This document shows positions 30,496 to 32,000 of a DNA stretch of 32,000 nucleotides, piece after piece; within the stretch, counting starts at the first letter, position 1, and every line of letters starts with the position of its first letter. The stretch lies in NCBI RefSeq assembly GCF_000195855.1, contig NC_002677.1, positions 1,890,001 through 1,922,000 of the forward strand, read 5' to 3'. Origin of the DNA: Mycobacterium leprae TN (GTDB lineage: Bacteria; Actinomycetota; Actinomycetes; Mycobacteriales; Mycobacteriaceae). The position numbers and the translations under genes are program-made. The notes beneath the pieces were generated by a model, which ran no database searches, had not been told where the DNA came from, and saw only the letters and a list, made by a program, of their open reading frames with translations.

Positions 30496-30909
30496 GCCAC
30501 TCCGTTACCTACCCTCTCGGGCGGGAGCCGCTTGTACGACCAGAAATTTCCGCCGTAATGCGTTCGGCTCAGCCTTACGCTCCCGAATTCTTTTGCCTAC
30601 ATATGCTGTCGACGTCTTCTGGCCTGTCGAGCGCCAAACTGTCACGTAACACAGGCATCACACCACAGGTTATAAATATCATTTATAAATACCATACTGC
30701 GCAAACCGGAAGACACTGACGTTGTGGCACGTCCCGCGTTGGCGTCCTCCGAGTGTGCACTACTAGCGACGCTGACCGGTCCGAGGGGCGCCTTGTTGAA
30801 ACACGCGGATAGTGCGATCCGCATAGCTGATGGCCGCATCTTAGACAAACTGGGTGCACCGCAGCAGCGTGAGTTCAAGCGAATGCTCTACCAGCTCGGA
30901 TCCAACTGA
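30486..30909 (+). pseudogene. MarR-family regulator (Rv2887-like) pseudogene
   Basis: 'LVRPEISAVMRSAQPYAPEFFCLHMLSTSSGLSSAKLSRNTGITPQVINII', a stop at 30719, then in a different frame 'LLATLTGPRGALLKHADSAIRIADGRILDKLGAPQQREFKRMLYQLGSN*'. One frameshift and an N-terminal deletion. Confidence 0.8.
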
Positions 30910-30912
30910 CAG

Positions 30913-32000
30913 CTAGTCGCCAATTTGAATCCGCGCCCACGGCCGAGCCTCTTCGAGTTCAAATGCCAGTTCCAATAGTTGCGCTTCCTGACCAAAGTCA
31001 GCGGTGAACATCATGCCCACCGGCATACCATCAGCGGATTGGGCCAACGGCAGCGAAATCGCCGGCTCCCCAGTGACGTTTTGCAACGGAGTGAAAGCGA
31101 CCCAGCCCATCAGCCGGTCCATCACCTGCTGATAGTCGGTGGGAGTGAGGTACCCTATCCGCGGTGTCTCGTCAGCGACCGTTGGAGTAAGTAATACATC
31201 GTAGGTAGCGAAAAAGTCAGCGGTGCGACGCCGCAGCCTACGCAAACGCATGATTGCCTTGGGGAGCCGGTGCATGTTGCGGCTGGCGTGGCGATCCAGG
31301 CCCAGCGTCAAACTGTCCAGCTTGGTGCGGTCGAACGTGTTGCCGAACGCGAGCCGGCCGGTCCGCACCTGCATCGCCGCCAACAGTCCCCAATACAGCA
31401 GGAAATCGTCCGGGAAATTAGGCGGCACCGGGGGCTCGGCAACCCGTTCGACGCGATGGCCCAGCTCCTCGAGCAGCCTAGCCGACTTCAGTGTGAGCTC
31501 GCGTAGTTCGGGGCTACACTCGCGCTGAACCGAACGCGTCACCACGGCAATCCGAAGCCGTTGCCGACCGGGCTGCGTGACGTCTCCGACCGGCGGCAGC
31601 TTGGGGTTGTGCCAAATACGCTCAGCCTCTCTATAGAAGGCCGCAGTGTCCCGCACCGAGCGGGTCAGCACGCCGTTGACTACGATGCCCACCGGAAGCC
31701 GGCGCAGCTCGGAATCCAGCGGCAATCGTCCGCGTGACGGCTTGAGCCCGACAAGCCCGTTGCAGGAGGCCGGAATACGAATCGACCCGCCACCATCGTT
31801 GGCGTGCGCCATCGGGACTACACCGGCGGCGACGAACGCACCCGATCCCGAAGACGAGGCCCCGGCAGTGTAGTCGGTGTCCCATGGGTTGCGAACCGGC
31901 CCTAGACGCATATGTTCAGCGGAGGCGCTGAACCCGAATTCTGACAACTGCGTCTTGCCCAAAGATACCGGTCCGGTGGCCAAATACAGCCGGGTGAACT
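30913..32000 (-). CDS. amiC: Amidase-signature family amidase (AmiC, Rv2888c-like); N-terminus lies beyond the window end
   Basis: Uninterrupted reading frame to the window edge. Amidase signature 'GASSSGSGAFVAAGVVPMAHANDGGGSIRIPASCNGLVGLKPSRGR'. The stop is at 30913, convergent with the MarR remnant 3 nt away. Confidence 0.85.
   Translation of the reverse strand, partial: FTRLYLATGPVSLGKTQLSEFGFSASAEHMRLGPVRNPWDTDYTAGASSSGSGAFVAAGVVPMAHANDGGGSIRIPASCNGLVGLKPSRGRLPLDSELRRLPVGIVVNGVLTRSVRDTAAFYREAERIWHNPKLPPVGDVTQPGRQRLRIAVVTRSVQRECSPELRELTLKSARLLEELGHRVERVAEPPVPPNFPDDFLLYWGLLAAMQVRTGRLAFGNTFDRTKLDSLTLGLDRHASRNMHRLPKAIMRLRRLRRRTADFFATYDVLLTPTVADETPRIGYLTPTDYQQVMDRLMGWVAFTPLQNVTGEPAISLPLAQSADGMPVGMMFTADFGQEAQLLELAFELEEARPWARIQIGD

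Overview
This window reads as a reductively evolved mycobacterial chromosome, most consistent with Mycobacterium leprae or a very close relative. Gene order follows the M. tuberculosis Rv2848c-Rv2888c interval as I remember it, but about two thirds of the recognisable genes are dead, with in-frame stops, frameshifts and truncations. All assignments come from reading translated motifs by eye; no database search was run. Eleven genes look intact: a class-I glutamine amidotransferase/gamma-glutamyl hydrolase (Rv2859c-like), mapB, a penicillin-binding lipoprotein (Rv2864c-like), ispG, the site-2 protease rip1, dxr, a small membrane protein (Rv2876-like), cdsA, frr, pyrH and an amidase (amiC-like, running off the 3' edge). 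Between them lie remnants of cobB, cobO, a Mg-chelatase, an ElaA-type GNAT, mqo, an alpha/beta hydrolase, mtr, nicT, a phosphodiesterase, glnA4, the relFG toxin-antitoxin pair, GNAT genes, a HicB-like/DUF4097 pair, a CcdA/MerT-like membrane protein, mpt53, rlmN, a CsbD-like gene, an OmpR-type regulator, a DHA2 MFS pump and a MarR regulator. I found no rRNA, tRNA, CRISPR array, transposase or convincing novel multi-gene system. The structure not explained by genes is repeat-level. There are three long near-perfect palindromes of 52, 73 and 57 bp, all in decayed DNA: two interrupt pseudogenes and one sits in a dead MarR/MFS divergent promoter. There are also two separate 22-bp tandem duplications in the spacers upstream of ispG and pyrH.
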